Shown: one piece after another, positions 9,216-19,564 of the stretch | How positions within the stretch are numbered: the stretch's first letter is position 1 | Layout of the letters: each line of letters starts with the position of its first letter | Assembly: GCA_031384695.1 (NCBI GenBank) | Contig: JANNAV010000073.1 | Span: 4,128-68,127, forward strand | Source: Paracoccaceae bacterium | GTDB lineage: Bacteria; Pseudomonadota; Alphaproteobacteria; Rhodobacterales; Rhodobacteraceae | Length of the DNA: 64,000 bases | Direction: 5' to 3' | Position numbers and translations under genes: made by a program | The notes under the pieces: generated by a model | Database searches by the model: none | Told to the model about the DNA's origin: nothing | The model's input: the letters and a program-made list of their open reading frames with translations, nothing else

Positions 9216-10301
9216 ATGACCGAGACCCGCGCCGAAATCCGCCTGCCCACCACCGAGTTACGGCTTGATTTGCCGTTTTACACCAAGGTGTTGGGGATGC
9301 GGCTGGAGTCGATCTATCCCGCCGACAACCCGGAGGTGGCGGTGCTGTCGGGACACGGGTTGCGCATCCGCATTCAGAAAGGCGCGCCCGAGGCCCCCGG
9401 CACCTTGCGGATTCTGACCGATGATGCCGATGGCTTTGCGGCAGGCGCCCGCAGCCTGACCGCGCCCAACGGCACGCTGATCGAAATAGATGATCTGAAC
9501 CCACCGCTGATCCTGCCGCAAACCGAGCATGCGTTTGTGGTGCGCCGGCTGGCTGATCAGGCGCCCTGGGTGATCGGGCGGGCGGGGATGCATTACCGCG
9601 ATCTGGTGCCCTCAAGGCTGGGTGGTGCCGTGATCGCCAGCCACATCCGCATACCGGATGGCGGGCCGGTGCCGGATATGGTGCATTATCATAAGGTTGG
9701 CTTTCAGTTGATCTTTTGCATCAAGGGCTGGGTCGATGTGGTTTATGAAGATCAGGGCGGCGCGATCCGGCTGCATGCGGGCGATTGCTTTATCCAGCCG
9801 CCCGAGATCCGCCACCGCGTGCTGCAGGCCAGCGACGGCATCGAGGTGATCGAGATTGGCGTGCCCGCCGATCATGTGACCGAGATCGACCACGAGATGA
9901 CCCTGCCAACCGCCTTTTTCCGCCCCGACCGTGAATGGCAAAACCAGCGTTTTGTGCATGATGTGGGGGCGAAAGCCCCTTTCATGCCGTTCCGCATAGC
10001 GGGGTTCGAGGCGCGCGATACCACCATCAACACCCATACCAAGGGTGTGGCCTCGGTGATGGTGGCGCGCCCCACCGGCGCCGCCGCGCCCTGGACGCGG
10101 CACGCGGGCGATATTCTGTTCACCTTCGTAATGGCGGGCGGCATGACGCTGGAAGGCGAGGGCAAAGACCCCTTCCGCCTGTCGCCCGGCGATGCTTTCG
10201 TGATCCCGCCGGGCCTTGCCACCCGTTATGCCAACACCACCGCCGATCTGGAACTGCTGGAGGTGTCCTTGCCGGGCGTGTTCAAAACCGACGTTCTTTG
10301 A
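9216..10301 (+). CDS. cupin-domain protein (VOC-like N-terminus followed by two cupin barrels)
   Basis: 361 aa. Cupin-like His-rich strands are present (HIRIPDGGPVPDMVHYHKVGFQLIFCIKG..., PPEIRHRV). The function is unknown. Confidence 0.7.
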   Translation: MTETRAEIRLPTTELRLDLPFYTKVLGMRLESIYPADNPEVAVLSGHGLRIRIQKGAPEAPGTLRILTDDADGFAAGARSLTAPNGTLIEIDDLNPPLILPQTEHAFVVRRLADQAPWVIGRAGMHYRDLVPSRLGGAVIASHIRIPDGGPVPDMVHYHKVGFQLIFCIKGWVDVVYEDQGGAIRLHAGDCFIQPPEIRHRVLQASDGIEVIEIGVPADHVTEIDHEMTLPTAFFRPDREWQNQRFVHDVGAKAPFMPFRIAGFEARDTTINTHTKGVASVMVARPTGAAAPWTRHAGDILFTFVMAGGMTLEGEGKDPFRLSPGDAFVIPPGLATRYANTTADLELLEVSLPGVFKTDVL

Positions 10302-10370
10302 GCGCACTTGCACATCCGGCGGCAAAGCCGCTAACTTCCGGACCAGATTGTCAAATTTCGTGAGGCTCCG

Positions 10371-10763
10371 ATGACGCTTTTGCATGCCGCAACCGACGTG
10401 CGCCTGCGCGCCTATGCCCCCTATTCGCGCTTCAAGGTGGGGGCCGCGATCCGCGCGGCTTCGGGCGCGGTTTATGCCGGGTGCAACGTGGAAAACGTGG
10501 CTTATCCCGAAGGCACCTGCGCCGAGGCGGGGGCGATTGCCGCGATGGTCGCGGGCGGTGACACGGTGATTGCCGAGGTTTGCGTGATCGCCGACAGCCC
10601 CGAGCCGGTGCCGCCCTGCGGCGGCTGCAGGCAGAAGATTTCCGAGTTTGCGGCGCAGGATGTGGTGGTAACGCTTTGCACCACCAGTGGAAAATCAAAA
10701 TCCATGACAGTGGCCGAACTGCTTCCCGGCCTGTTCACTGCCGCTCATATGGGCAGTATCTGA
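10371..10763 (+). CDS. cdd: cytidine deaminase
   Basis: 130 aa containing the zinc ligand motifs CAEAGAI and PCGGCRQ. Confidence 0.93.
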   Translation: MTLLHAATDVRLRAYAPYSRFKVGAAIRAASGAVYAGCNVENVAYPEGTCAEAGAIAAMVAGGDTVIAEVCVIADSPEPVPPCGGCRQKISEFAAQDVVVTLCTTSGKSKSMTVAELLPGLFTAAHMGSI

Positions 10764-12070
10764 TGGATGCGCGCAGCATCATCGCGCGCATCCGCGATGG
10801 CACACCACTTGCGCCTGAGGAGTTGCACTGGTTTGCGGCGGGTCTTGCCTCGGGGGCGGTCAGCGATGCGCAGGCGGGGGCGTTTGCGATGGCGGTGCTG
10901 CTGAAGGGGCTTGGCGAGGGCGGCACCGTGGCCTTGACGCGGGCGATGCGGGATTCGGGGCAGGTGCTGGAGTGGGATATGCCGGGGCCGGTGCTGGACA
11001 AGCATTCGACCGGCGGGGTGGGCGATTGTGTGTCGTTGCTGCTGGCCCCGGCGCTGGCGGCCTGCGGCGCTTATGTGCCGATGATTTCGGGGCGGGGGCT
11101 GGCGCATACCGGTGGCACGCTGGACAAGCTGGAGGCCATTCCGGGCTTTCGCACCGCGATGACGGCCGAGCAGTTGCGCCGCCAGATGAAGGAGGTGCGC
11201 TGTGCCATCGTGGCGGCCAACGCCGATATTGCGCCCGCCGACAAGCGGCTTTACGCGGTGCGCGATGTGACGGGCACGGTAGAAAGCATTGATCTGATCA
11301 CCGCGTCGATCCTTTCCAAAAAACTGGCGGCGGGGTTGGAAGCCCTTGTACTGGATGTGAAATGCGGCTCTGGCGCGTTCATGAAAACGCTGGAGGAGGC
11401 CACGGTTCTGGCCAAGGTTCTGGTGGCCACGGCGCAAGGCGCGGGCTGCATGACCAGTGCGCTGATCACCGATATGAGCCAGCCTTTGGCCACGGCGGTG
11501 GGCAATGCTTTGGAGGTGACGGAGGTGATGGAGACGCTGACCGGCACTTCGGTGAATGCGGCGCTTTGGGATATCACCATGGCGTTGGGGGGCGAGGCTT
11601 TGGCGCTGGGCGGGTTGGCCGCAGACCCTGCCGACGGGGCCGGGCGGATTGCCGAGGCGCTGGAATCGGGGGCGGCGGCGGATTGGTTTGGCCGGATGAT
11701 TGCGGCGCAAGGCGGGCCCGCCGATTTTGTCGACCGCTGGCCCGATCGTTTGCCTGCGGCGACAGTGATCCGCGAGGTGCCGAACCTTGCTACGGGCTAT
11801 GTGGCGCGCATCGACGGGCAGGTTTTGGGGCAGGCGGTGGTGCATCTGGGGGGCGGGCGCTTGCGCGAGGGCGACCGGGTGAACCCGTCGGTGGGGCTTT
11901 CCGATCTTGCGGGGATCGGCGAGGATATTGGTGCGGGTGATACCTTGGCCATGGTGCATGCGCCGTCCGAGGCCTTGGCGGAAGTGGCGATCCGGGCGGT
12001 GCAGGCGGCCTATACCATGGGCGAAGCGGCCCCTGCCGACCCGGTTCTGATCCTGAAACGGATCGCGTAA
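10763..12070 (+). CDS. deoA: thymidine phosphorylase
   Basis: Track ORF 10580..12070 trimmed to the ATG at 10763, which overlaps the cdd stop (TGATG). Product starts MDARSIIARIRDGTPLAPEELHWFAAGLASGAVSDAQAGAFAMAV and contains DKHSTGGVGD. Confidence 0.95.
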   Translation: MDARSIIARIRDGTPLAPEELHWFAAGLASGAVSDAQAGAFAMAVLLKGLGEGGTVALTRAMRDSGQVLEWDMPGPVLDKHSTGGVGDCVSLLLAPALAACGAYVPMISGRGLAHTGGTLDKLEAIPGFRTAMTAEQLRRQMKEVRCAIVAANADIAPADKRLYAVRDVTGTVESIDLITASILSKKLAAGLEALVLDVKCGSGAFMKTLEEATVLAKVLVATAQGAGCMTSALITDMSQPLATAVGNALEVTEVMETLTGTSVNAALWDITMALGGEALALGGLAADPADGAGRIAEALESGAAADWFGRMIAAQGGPADFVDRWPDRLPAATVIREVPNLATGYVARIDGQVLGQAVVHLGGGRLREGDRVNPSVGLSDLAGIGEDIGAGDTLAMVHAPSEALAEVAIRAVQAAYTMGEAAPADPVLILKRIA

Positions 12071-13284
12071 TGGCGCGGGCGTTTTTGGTGGTGATGGATT
12101 CGGTGGGCTGTGGCGGCGCGCCGGATGCGGCGGATTTTGGTGACGCGGAGTTTGGCGATGCCGGGGCGAATACGCTGGCGCATATCGCGCAGGAATGTGC
12201 TTTGGGGCGGGCGGATCGGGGGCGCTCGGGGCCTTTGCATGTGCCGGTGCTGGACGGTTTGGGGCTGGGGGCGGCGGTGCGGCTGGCCTCGGGCGATGCC
12301 ACGCCGGGGCTTGTGGCGAAGCCTTCGGGGCGGTGGGGGGCTTTGACGGAAGTGTCGCGCGGCAAGGACACGCCTTCGGGGCATTGGGAATTGGCGGGGG
12401 TGCCGGTGCCGTGGGAGTGGAGTTATTTCCCCAAGGTTGGCCCGGCCTTTGCGCCTGACCTCGTGGCGGAGGTGTGCCGGTTGGCGGGGGTGGCGGGGAT
12501 TTTGGGCAATTGCCATGCCTCGGGAATTCCGATTGTGGCCAGCCTTGGGGCCGAGCATCTGCGGACGGGGTGGCCGATCTGCTATACCTCGGCGGATTCG
12601 GTGTTTCAGATTGCCGCACATGAGGGCGCGTTCGGGTTGGAGCGGTTGTTGCGGCTTTGCGAAGCGCTGGCGCCGATGTTGCACGCGATGAAGGTGGGGC
12701 GGGTGATCGCACGGCCGTTCATCGGGGTTGAGGGCAGTTTTCTGCGCACCGCCAACCGGCATGATTACGCGATGGCGACGCCTGCACCCACCTTGCTGGA
12801 TTGGGTGCAGGGGGCGGGGCGGATGACGCATGCGGTGGGCAAGATCGGCGACATATTCTCGATGCGGGGGGTGGGGGCGCTGCACAAGGGGAAATCCGAT
12901 GTTGATCTTTTCGAACATTTATTGCGGTTAGCGGTGGAAGCTAAACCCGGTTCCTTGATTTTTGCGAACTTTGTCGAGTTCGACAGCCTTTATGGCCATA
13001 CCCGCGATGTGGCGGGCTATGCCCGGGCGCTGGAATGGTTCGATGCCCGCGTCGGGGTGTTTCTGGCGCAGATGCAGCCGGGAGACCTCGCGATTTTCAC
13101 CGCTGATCATGGCAATGATCCGACATGGCGGGGCACCGATCACACGCGCGAGCGGGTGCCGGTGCTGTGCGCGGGGGTGGGCGCGGGTGAGATCGGCTTG
13201 CGGGGGTTTGTGGATGTGGCGGCCTCGGTTGCGGCGCATCTGGGGGTGGCGGCGCAGGGCGCAGGGCGGAGTTTCTTGACATGA
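12070..13284 (+). CDS. deoB: phosphopentomutase
   Basis: 404 aa. Product starts MARAFLVVMDSVGCGGAPDA and ends with ...ADHGNDPTWRGTDHTRE. Its start overlaps the deoA stop (TAATG). Confidence 0.95.
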   Translation: MARAFLVVMDSVGCGGAPDAADFGDAEFGDAGANTLAHIAQECALGRADRGRSGPLHVPVLDGLGLGAAVRLASGDATPGLVAKPSGRWGALTEVSRGKDTPSGHWELAGVPVPWEWSYFPKVGPAFAPDLVAEVCRLAGVAGILGNCHASGIPIVASLGAEHLRTGWPICYTSADSVFQIAAHEGAFGLERLLRLCEALAPMLHAMKVGRVIARPFIGVEGSFLRTANRHDYAMATPAPTLLDWVQGAGRMTHAVGKIGDIFSMRGVGALHKGKSDVDLFEHLLRLAVEAKPGSLIFANFVEFDSLYGHTRDVAGYARALEWFDARVGVFLAQMQPGDLAIFTADHGNDPTWRGTDHTRERVPVLCAGVGAGEIGLRGFVDVAASVAAHLGVAAQGAGRSFLT

Positions 13285-14270
13285 CCAAGGGTTTGCCGAA
13301 GGTGGAGTTGCATCTGCATCTGGAGGGGGCGGCACCGCCTGCCTTTATCCGGGGGCTGGCGCGCGAGAAGAACATGGATATCGCGGGCATCTTTGATGAG
13401 AAAGGCGGTTATAAATTCAAGGACTTCTGGGATTTTCTGAAAGTGTATGAAGCGGCGACCGGGACGTTGAAATCGGCAGAAGATTACCACCGGCTGACGC
13501 TTGCGGTGCTGGAAGAAAGTGCCGCAAGTGGCGTGGTTTACTGCGAAACTTTCGTCAGCCCCGATTTTTGCGGCGGGCGCGATGTAGGGGCTTGGCGCGA
13601 ATACCTGCACGCCATGCGCGAAGCGGCTGATATTGCCGAGAAAAGCCATGGCATCGTGCTGCGGGGCATCGTGACTGCGATCCGGCATTTCGGGCCGGAC
13701 AAGGCGCGCGAGACGGCGCGTTGTGCGGCGGAAACTGCGGGCGACTGGATCGTGGGGTTTGGCCTTGCCGGGGATGAAAAGATCGGCGCGCCAAAGGATT
13801 TCCGCTATGGTTTCGATATGGCCCGCGAGGCGGGGTTGCGGCTGACGGCGCATGCGGGCGAGTGGGGCGGGCCGGATTCGGTGCGCGATGCGCTGCGCGA
13901 TCTGGCGGTGGAGCGGATCGGCCACGGGGTGCGGGCGATCGAGGATCTGGCTTTGGTGGATGAGTTGGCCGAGCGCGGCATCGTGCTGGAGGTCTGCCCC
14001 GGATCGAACGTGGCGCTGGGGCTTTATCCGTCGTACCGCAAGCATCCGGCTGGCGAGTTGCTGCATCGCGGCGTGAAGGTGACCATCTCTACCGACGATC
14101 CGCCGTTCTTTCACACCACCATGGCGCGGGAATATCAGATGCTGGCTGAGGCGTTCGAATGGGACGCGGGGGTTTTCGCGCAGATTGCCCGCACCTCGCT
14201 TGACGCGGCGTTTTGTGACGCGGATACCAAGACGCGGATCGGGAACATTCTGGAGTTGGGCCATGCTTGA
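13281..14270 (+). CDS. add: adenosine deaminase family protein
   Basis: 329 aa with [15 protein letters not shown] and STDDP motifs. It overlaps the deoB stop. Confidence 0.93.
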   Translation: MTKGLPKVELHLHLEGAAPPAFIRGLAREKNMDIAGIFDEKGGYKFKDFWDFLKVYEAATGTLKSAEDYHRLTLAVLEESAASGVVYCETFVSPDFCGGRDVGAWREYLHAMREAADIAEKSHGIVLRGIVTAIRHFGPDKARETARCAAETAGDWIVGFGLAGDEKIGAPKDFRYGFDMAREAGLRLTAHAGEWGGPDSVRDALRDLAVERIGHGVRAIEDLALVDELAERGIVLEVCPGSNVALGLYPSYRKHPAGELLHRGVKVTISTDDPPFFHTTMAREYQMLAEAFEWDAGVFAQIARTSLDAAFCDADTKTRIGNILELGHA

Positions 14271-14895
14271 ACATCTGACCGTCGTTGCGCACCCTTTGGT
14301 GCAGCACAAGCTGACGCTGATGCGGGAAAAGGACAGATCGACTGCCAGTTTCCGCAAGCTGTTGCGCGAGATCAGCCTGCTGCTGGCCTATGAGGTGACG
14401 CGCGAATTGCCGATGACGACCAAGCGGATCGAGACGCCGCTGGAACCGATGGACGCGCCGACGATTGACGGCAAGAAGCTGGCGCTGATCTCGATCCTGC
14501 GGGCGGGCAACGGGCTGTTGGACGGGATTCTGGAGCTGATCCCGGCGGCGCGGGTGGGGTTTGTCGGGCTTTACCGCGATCCGGAAACGCTGCAACCGGT
14601 GCAGTATTACTGCAAATTGCCGGATCATCTGGACGAGCGGATTTCGATTGTGGTTGATCCGATGCTGGCGACGGGCAATTCCTCGGTGGCAGCGGTGACG
14701 CTTTTGAAACAATCGGGGGCGAAGCAGATCCGGTTTTTGTGCCTGTTGGCGGCCCCTGAGGGTATTGCTCGCATGAAAGAGGCGCATCCTGACGTGCCGA
14801 TTGTCACAGCGGCGGTAGACAGCCACCTGAATGACCATGGATATATTGTACCGGGGCTAGGGGATGCGGGCGACCGCATGTTCGGTACTAAATAG
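14263..14895 (+). CDS. upp: uracil phosphoribosyltransferase
   Basis: Track ORF 14185..14895 trimmed to the ATG at 14263 ([31 protein letters not shown]...). The PRPP loop [11 protein letters not shown] is present. It overlaps the end of add. Confidence 0.95.
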   Translation: MLEHLTVVAHPLVQHKLTLMREKDRSTASFRKLLREISLLLAYEVTRELPMTTKRIETPLEPMDAPTIDGKKLALISILRAGNGLLDGILELIPAARVGFVGLYRDPETLQPVQYYCKLPDHLDERISIVVDPMLATGNSSVAAVTLLKQSGAKQIRFLCLLAAPEGIARMKEAHPDVPIVTAAVDSHLNDHGYIVPGLGDAGDRMFGTK

Positions 14896-14970
14896 AGGCA
14901 TTGGGCCTTTACTCGGAAACAATAAGACTTCATGATTGCCGCGTCGGGCCACTTCTGGGCTTGGGGGGTG

Positions 14971-16200
14971 ATGATGATTTTCAAAGTTCTGTCCGTTGCG
15001 GTGCTGGCGGCGTTGAGCCTGCCGATGGCGGGTGAGGCGCGGACGGTGGCGCAGGTGGGTGCGCCCGCAGAACTGCCGCCAGCCAGCTTCAAGGGCCAGC
15101 AATATGTGGACAGCCGGGGCTGTGTTTTCCTGCGGGCGGGGTTTGACGGGCGGGTGAACTGGGTGCCGAGGGTTGGCCGCGACCGCAAGGCGATCTGCAC
15201 CGCGCAGCCGACCTTCGGGCCGCGCCCGGCGATCGAGGTGGCGGCGGATGAGGCGCCCGAGGTGGTGGCGCCTCAGGTGGTTGCGCCCCGGGTGGTGGCG
15301 CCAGTCGCGAGAACGCCTGTGGTCAGAACGCAGGTCGGGGCACCGTTGGCGACGATTGCCAGCCTGCCTGCGGCGCGGGTTGTGGCCCCGAGGGTTGTGG
15401 CGCCGAGGGTGGCGGCGGCACCGGCGCCGGTTGCGCCTGTCGGCGTTGTGGCCCCGGGCAGCCGGTACGAGGTGGTGCCGTCGGCGGGGGGCAGCGGTCG
15501 GCAGATCGGGTGTTACACCTCCGCCCCGGTGGCCGAGCGGGTGCGGCTGCGCACCGGCGGTTCTGTGGTGGTTTGCACGCGCGGCGATGGCACCCTGACC
15601 GGCTGGCGGCCGCCGATCTATCCGGCAGGTGCCGGGGTTGGGGCGGCGTTGAGCGATCAGGTGGTGGCGCGGGGTACGTCGTCAGGGGCCACTGTGGCGG
15701 CGGGCGGATATGCGCAGGCCGAAGTGGTTATTTCAAAGCCGCCAAAGGGTTACAAGCTGGCCTGGACCGATGACCGGCTGAACCCGCAGCGTGGGCAGGG
15801 AACGGCCGAGGGCTGGGCGGCGCAGGATCAGGTCTGGACCCGCGATGTGCCGGCGGTTCTGGTGGCCGATCAGCGGAAAGTGAAAAAGCGGAAGGCTGCG
15901 AAGGCCGGCGGGGTGACGGTTTCGACCAAATCGGTGGCGACTGCGCCGGTTGTGGCGCGCAGCAAGGCGGTTGCGGGCGGGGTGCTGGTGCAGGTTGGCA
16001 CCTTCGGGGTGGCCGCGAATGCCGCCGGTGCCGGGGCGCGGTTGCAGGCTTTGGGCCTGCCGGTGGCGAAGGCGCGGATCAGCCGGGAAGGGCGCGATTT
16101 GCAGATCGTCTATGCCGGGCCGTTCGGATCGGTGGCCGAGGCGCAGCGGGCGGTGGCGGCGGCGCGCGGTGCGGGTTTTGCGGATGCATTCATCAGATAA
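14971..16200 (+). CDS. SPOR-domain (peptidoglycan-binding) secreted protein
   Basis: Signal peptide MMIFKVLSVAVLAALSLPMAGEA from the ATG at 14971; an in-frame ATG at 14932 is also possible. The middle is Pro/Val/Ala-rich (VVAPQVVAPRVVAP...). The C-terminal SPOR-like fold reads VLVQVGTFGVAANAAGAGARLQALGLPV...IVYAGPFGSVAEAQ. Confidence 0.8.
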   Translation: MMIFKVLSVAVLAALSLPMAGEARTVAQVGAPAELPPASFKGQQYVDSRGCVFLRAGFDGRVNWVPRVGRDRKAICTAQPTFGPRPAIEVAADEAPEVVAPQVVAPRVVAPVARTPVVRTQVGAPLATIASLPAARVVAPRVVAPRVAAAPAPVAPVGVVAPGSRYEVVPSAGGSGRQIGCYTSAPVAERVRLRTGGSVVVCTRGDGTLTGWRPPIYPAGAGVGAALSDQVVARGTSSGATVAAGGYAQAEVVISKPPKGYKLAWTDDRLNPQRGQGTAEGWAAQDQVWTRDVPAVLVADQRKVKKRKAAKAGGVTVSTKSVATAPVVARSKAVAGGVLVQVGTFGVAANAAGAGARLQALGLPVAKARISREGRDLQIVYAGPFGSVAEAQRAVAAARGAGFADAFIR

Positions 16201-16226
16201 AGCAAGAAACGAGCAGTCACCCTTGG

Positions 16227-16257
16227 CCCCCCGGCGCAATCCGGGGGGTTTTTCTTT
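16227..16257 (+). terminator. Rho-independent terminator downstream of the SPOR gene
   Basis: Perfect 8-bp GC stem ccccccgg-cgcaat-ccgggggg followed by tttttcttt. Confidence 0.85.
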
Positions 16258-16400
16258 GGCTTGCGGGGGGGGATTGCCGGAACCGAAGCATTGCTGGCTG
16301 GTGGCTTTTGCGGGTTTTACACCCCCTGCATCCGCCGACAGAAGCGGGGGAACAGCGCCCCCGCACCCGCCATCAAAAGTGGGGGTTTCACACCCCCGCA

Positions 16401-16437
16401 CCCCTGTGGAGTATTTGAACACATGACAAGCGGGGCG
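16401..16437 (+). repeat. dispersed intergenic repeat, family 1 (GGnGnATATTTGnnCAnAGAAGAAgCGGGG type)
   Basis: Sequence cccctgtggagtatttgaacacatgacaagcggggcg aligns by eye with the copies at 24514, 34323 and 47122. Confidence 0.7.
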
Positions 16438-16499
16438 CAATTTTTAGGCGAATTGTCAGGGATTGGGGGCGGCGCGGTTCCGTCGGGTCGGATCCCGGT

Positions 16500-17540
16500 C
16501 TAGCCGCAGATCGCTTGCAGGTTCAGCCAGTCGCCATCGCTGAGGATCGGGCGCGGAGAGCCGCCGAGGAAGGGGTCGGCCTCGATCAGGGGAAGGGTGG
16601 TTTTGCCTGTGGGATCAACGGCAAAGGCATAGGGCGAGGTGCTGAGATCGGCGGCGGTGAAGCTGGCCAGCAGATCGGCGTCGGGGATGGCGGGGGTGGG
16701 CGGGTTGGGTGGGGCGGTTGTGGTCTGGCGCAGCAGCACCTCGGCATAGCCTGCCACCGAGGCGGGCTGCATCGCGCCGGTGGTCAGCAGGCGGATGGTG
16801 GCGCCGAGGCCCGCGTGGTGCAGCAGGCCGATCACCGGATCGGCGGCGCGGGCGCGCAAGGTTTCGGCCAGCACATAGCCCGCCACCGCCTCGGGGCCGT
16901 CGATCAGTTCCAGCAGACTGGCGGGCAGCACCACCACGCCGCCGGGCAGATGCAGCGGTGCCACAAGGCCTTCGCGCACCACCACCACGAAGGGCGGCAG
17001 GTCGGGGTTCACCCGCAGCCCCAGCGTGAGGGCGGCAGCGACACCGGGTTTGCTGTCGCAGGCCGAGCCGGTGAGGCGGTAAAGATCGGCCAGCACCAGA
17101 TCGCCCAATGCGGCGCGGGTGGCATAGGGCAGCACCGAGCCGGTATAGCGGGTCAGCCGCTCGGGCAGCCAGAACAGTGCCAGCACCACCAGCGCCGCCG
17201 TGCTGCCCCCCAGCATCACCCCGCGCAACCGGCCCGAGCGCGGGCGGCGGCGCAGCATTTCGCGGCGCACCGTCTCCAGTGCTGCGATCATCTCGGGGTC
17301 TTGCAGTTCCAGGGTTTCCGCAGCGTCGTCTCCGGGAGTGAACAGGGCAGGGGTCTTGCCGGGGTTGAGGCGGAGCAGCGCGGGCAGCGACCACGCCGAC
17401 AGCGGCATTTCGGTTTTCGGATCCGACAGCACCACGGTGGCATCGCGCAGGCCCACCACCACTTCGCGCAGTTGCGCATCGGGGGCCGCGCGCCACAGGC
17501 CGGTGGTTTCAAGCCGGTCGTATTTGCGCAGGGCGGTCAT
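16500..17540 (-). CDS. conserved hypothetical protein with one predicted transmembrane helix
   Basis: Track ORF 16500..17753(-) trimmed to the ATG at 17540 (MTALRKYDRLETTGLWRAAPDAQLREVVVG...). The hydrophobic segment is GVMLGGSTAALVVLALFWL. I recognise no catalytic motif. Confidence 0.7.
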   Translation of the reverse strand: MTALRKYDRLETTGLWRAAPDAQLREVVVGLRDATVVLSDPKTEMPLSAWSLPALLRLNPGKTPALFTPGDDAAETLELQDPEMIAALETVRREMLRRRPRSGRLRGVMLGGSTAALVVLALFWLPERLTRYTGSVLPYATRAALGDLVLADLYRLTGSACDSKPGVAAALTLGLRVNPDLPPFVVVVREGLVAPLHLPGGVVVLPASLLELIDGPEAVAGYVLAETLRARAADPVIGLLHHAGLGATIRLLTTGAMQPASVAGYAEVLLRQTTTAPPNPPTPAIPDADLLASFTAADLSTSPYAFAVDPTGKTTLPLIEADPFLGGSPRPILSDGDWLNLQAICG

Positions 17541-17712
17541 TGCGGGGGGTTCCGGGGCTTCATGCGGGCAGGTTAGCCCAGCGGCTGGCGCGCTACAATC
17601 AGGTGGCGCGGTGTTTCGCACCGGTGGCGGCGGGTGGCGGTGAAAAACCGGGCAGAATGTCGCATTCGGGCGCGCAAGGTTTGGGCAGAGCGGGCCTGCT
17701 GGCGGCGCAAGG

Positions 17713-18666
17713 GTGAGGATGGGGCAGGCCGTGAGCGCAACAAAAGACCGCACGATTGCGGCGGCTGGCCTGATCTTTGTCTATGCGATGATGATCGGTT
17801 ATACCGATAATTATGTGCGGGTGATCGCGGCGGAGGCCGGGCTTTGGCAGTTTCACCTGACGCGGACGGTGATGGCGATGGCGCTTTTGGGGCTGGCGGC
17901 GGTGCCGATGGGCCTGCGCTTGCGCCCGGTTCGGCTGCGGGCGGTGATCGGTCGGTCGGCGATTCATGGGTTGGCGATGGTGATCTATTTTGGCTCGCTG
18001 GCGTTTCTGCCGGTGGCGCTGGTGGCGGCGGGGCTGTTCACGGCGCCGATCTGGGTGCTGCTGATCTCGCGCTTTGCGTTCGGCCAGGCCATTGGCCCGG
18101 TTCGGATATTCGCGGTGTTGCTGGGGTTCGCGGGCGTGGTTCTGGTGCTGGGGCCGGAGGCGGTTTCCGGGGCATCGCTGGCGGCGTTGCTGCCGGTGCT
18201 TGCCGGGGTGATGTATGCGATGGGCAATATCGCCACCCGGCAGTTTTGCGCCGCAGAAAGTGCCGAGACGCTGCTGGCGGGTTTTTTCATCGCTTTGGGG
18301 GTGATCGGGGCGATTGGCATGGCGGTGCTGACGCTGCATCCGGTGGCGGTGCCCGAGGGGGCGGCAGGGTTCTTGCAGCGCGGCGCGGTGTGGCCGGGGC
18401 AGGGGTTCTGGTTCTGGACGTTCGTGCAGGCGGCGGGCTCGCTGATCGGGGTGGGGATGATGATCCGGGCCTATCAGATCACCGATGCGGGGCGGGCCTC
18501 GGTGCTGGAATACGTGATCCTGCCGGCCTCGGCGTTCTGGGGCTATGTGCTTTGGGGCGAGACGCTGGAGCGGGGGGCGGTGGCGGGAATGGGGTTGATC
18601 GTGGCGGCGGGGGTGGTGATTGCGCTGCGGGCGCGGGCGCAGGAGGTGCAGGCGGTGCGGGGTTAA
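17713..18666 (+). CDS. DMT-superfamily (EamA-like) transporter
   Basis: 317 aa with about ten hydrophobic helices and a duplicated EamA-like architecture. The start is uncertain (GTG at 17713 or ATG at 17719). Confidence 0.85.
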   Translation: MRMGQAVSATKDRTIAAAGLIFVYAMMIGYTDNYVRVIAAEAGLWQFHLTRTVMAMALLGLAAVPMGLRLRPVRLRAVIGRSAIHGLAMVIYFGSLAFLPVALVAAGLFTAPIWVLLISRFAFGQAIGPVRIFAVLLGFAGVVLVLGPEAVSGASLAALLPVLAGVMYAMGNIATRQFCAAESAETLLAGFFIALGVIGAIGMAVLTLHPVAVPEGAAGFLQRGAVWPGQGFWFWTFVQAAGSLIGVGMMIRAYQITDAGRASVLEYVILPASAFWGYVLWGETLERGAVAGMGLIVAAGVVIALRARAQEVQAVRG

Positions 18667-19241
18667 CCTTCCACCGCCGCACGCCAGTGCCTACGGCAGA
18701 GCGAGACGTAGGTTTCGTTGCCACCGATCTGCACCTGCTCGCCGTCTTGCAGGGCGCGGCCATCGGGGCCACGGCGGATCACCATGGTGGCTTTGCGCCC
18801 GCAGGCGCAGATGGTGCGGACCTCGCGCATCTCGTCGGCCCAGGCCAGCAGGGCGGCGGAACCGGGAAAGAGATTGCCCTGAAAATCCACCCTGAGGCCG
18901 TAGCACATCACCGGCACGCCCAGATCATCGACGGCGCGGGCCAGTTGCCAGACCTGCGCCTGACTGAGAAACTGCGCCTCGTCGATAAAGACGCAGGCGA
19001 TTTTGGTTTGGGAAAACCGCAGCTTAAGCTTGGCGAACAGATCCTCGCCGACGGCAAAGGTATCCGCCGCCTCGCCGATGCCGATGCGCGAGGCGATGCG
19101 GCCATCGCCCGCGCGGTGATCAAGCTGGGCGGTGACCAGATAGGTCTGCATCCCCCCCTCGCGGTAGTTGTGCGAGGCTTGCAGCAGCGAGGTTGATTTG
19201 CCCGCGTTCATGGTGGAATAGTGAAAATAAAGCTTGGCCAT
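18663..19241 (-). CDS. tdk: thymidine kinase
   Basis: Track ORF trimmed to the ATG at 19241. Product starts MAKLYFHYSTMNAGKSTSLLQ (P-loop), contains FIDEAQFL, and carries the zinc-ribbon cysteines CACGRKA...CRRH. Confidence 0.93.
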   Translation of the reverse strand: MAKLYFHYSTMNAGKSTSLLQASHNYREGGMQTYLVTAQLDHRAGDGRIASRIGIGEAADTFAVGEDLFAKLKLRFSQTKIACVFIDEAQFLSQAQVWQLARAVDDLGVPVMCYGLRVDFQGNLFPGSAALLAWADEMREVRTICACGRKATMVIRRGPDGRALQDGEQVQIGGNETYVSLCRRHWRAAVEG

Positions 19242-19564
19242 GCAAGCTTTTAACCAAGCATGGCGCAGCAGCGCAAGCCTGCGTGAAGCGGCGCCGGGGT
19301 TGCGCGGCGACAGGGCACGCGGATGTTGTCGGGCCGGGGCACGGCTGATAGGTGTGGGGCCCGCCGCGCTATGGAGACTGCCTTTTGCAAGGCAGACGCG
19401 CGGCGGACCCCCACCCAAAACCAGCGCTGGGGACGCCGGACACTCTTTACACATCCGGTTGCCCGGAACGCCTTTATGAATGACAAACTGTTGCAGGCGG
19501 ATTAATGGGAAAAGATGTAGTGATTTCCCCGGTGCGGGACCAGATGGGGAAGTAAGGGCGGGGT

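Noticed and set aside
15241-15440. Imperfect 15-bp periodicity in the SPOR gene (VVAPx repeats).
   Set aside because: This is a degenerate, low-complexity Pro/Val/Ala linker typical of SPOR and other periplasmic proteins. It is not a discrete repeat element.
16500-17540. Possible degenerate M48-type peptidase, suggested by a LAETL segment where HExxH might sit.
   Set aside because: There are no metal-binding His residues, and the resemblance is too vague. It is left as hypothetical.
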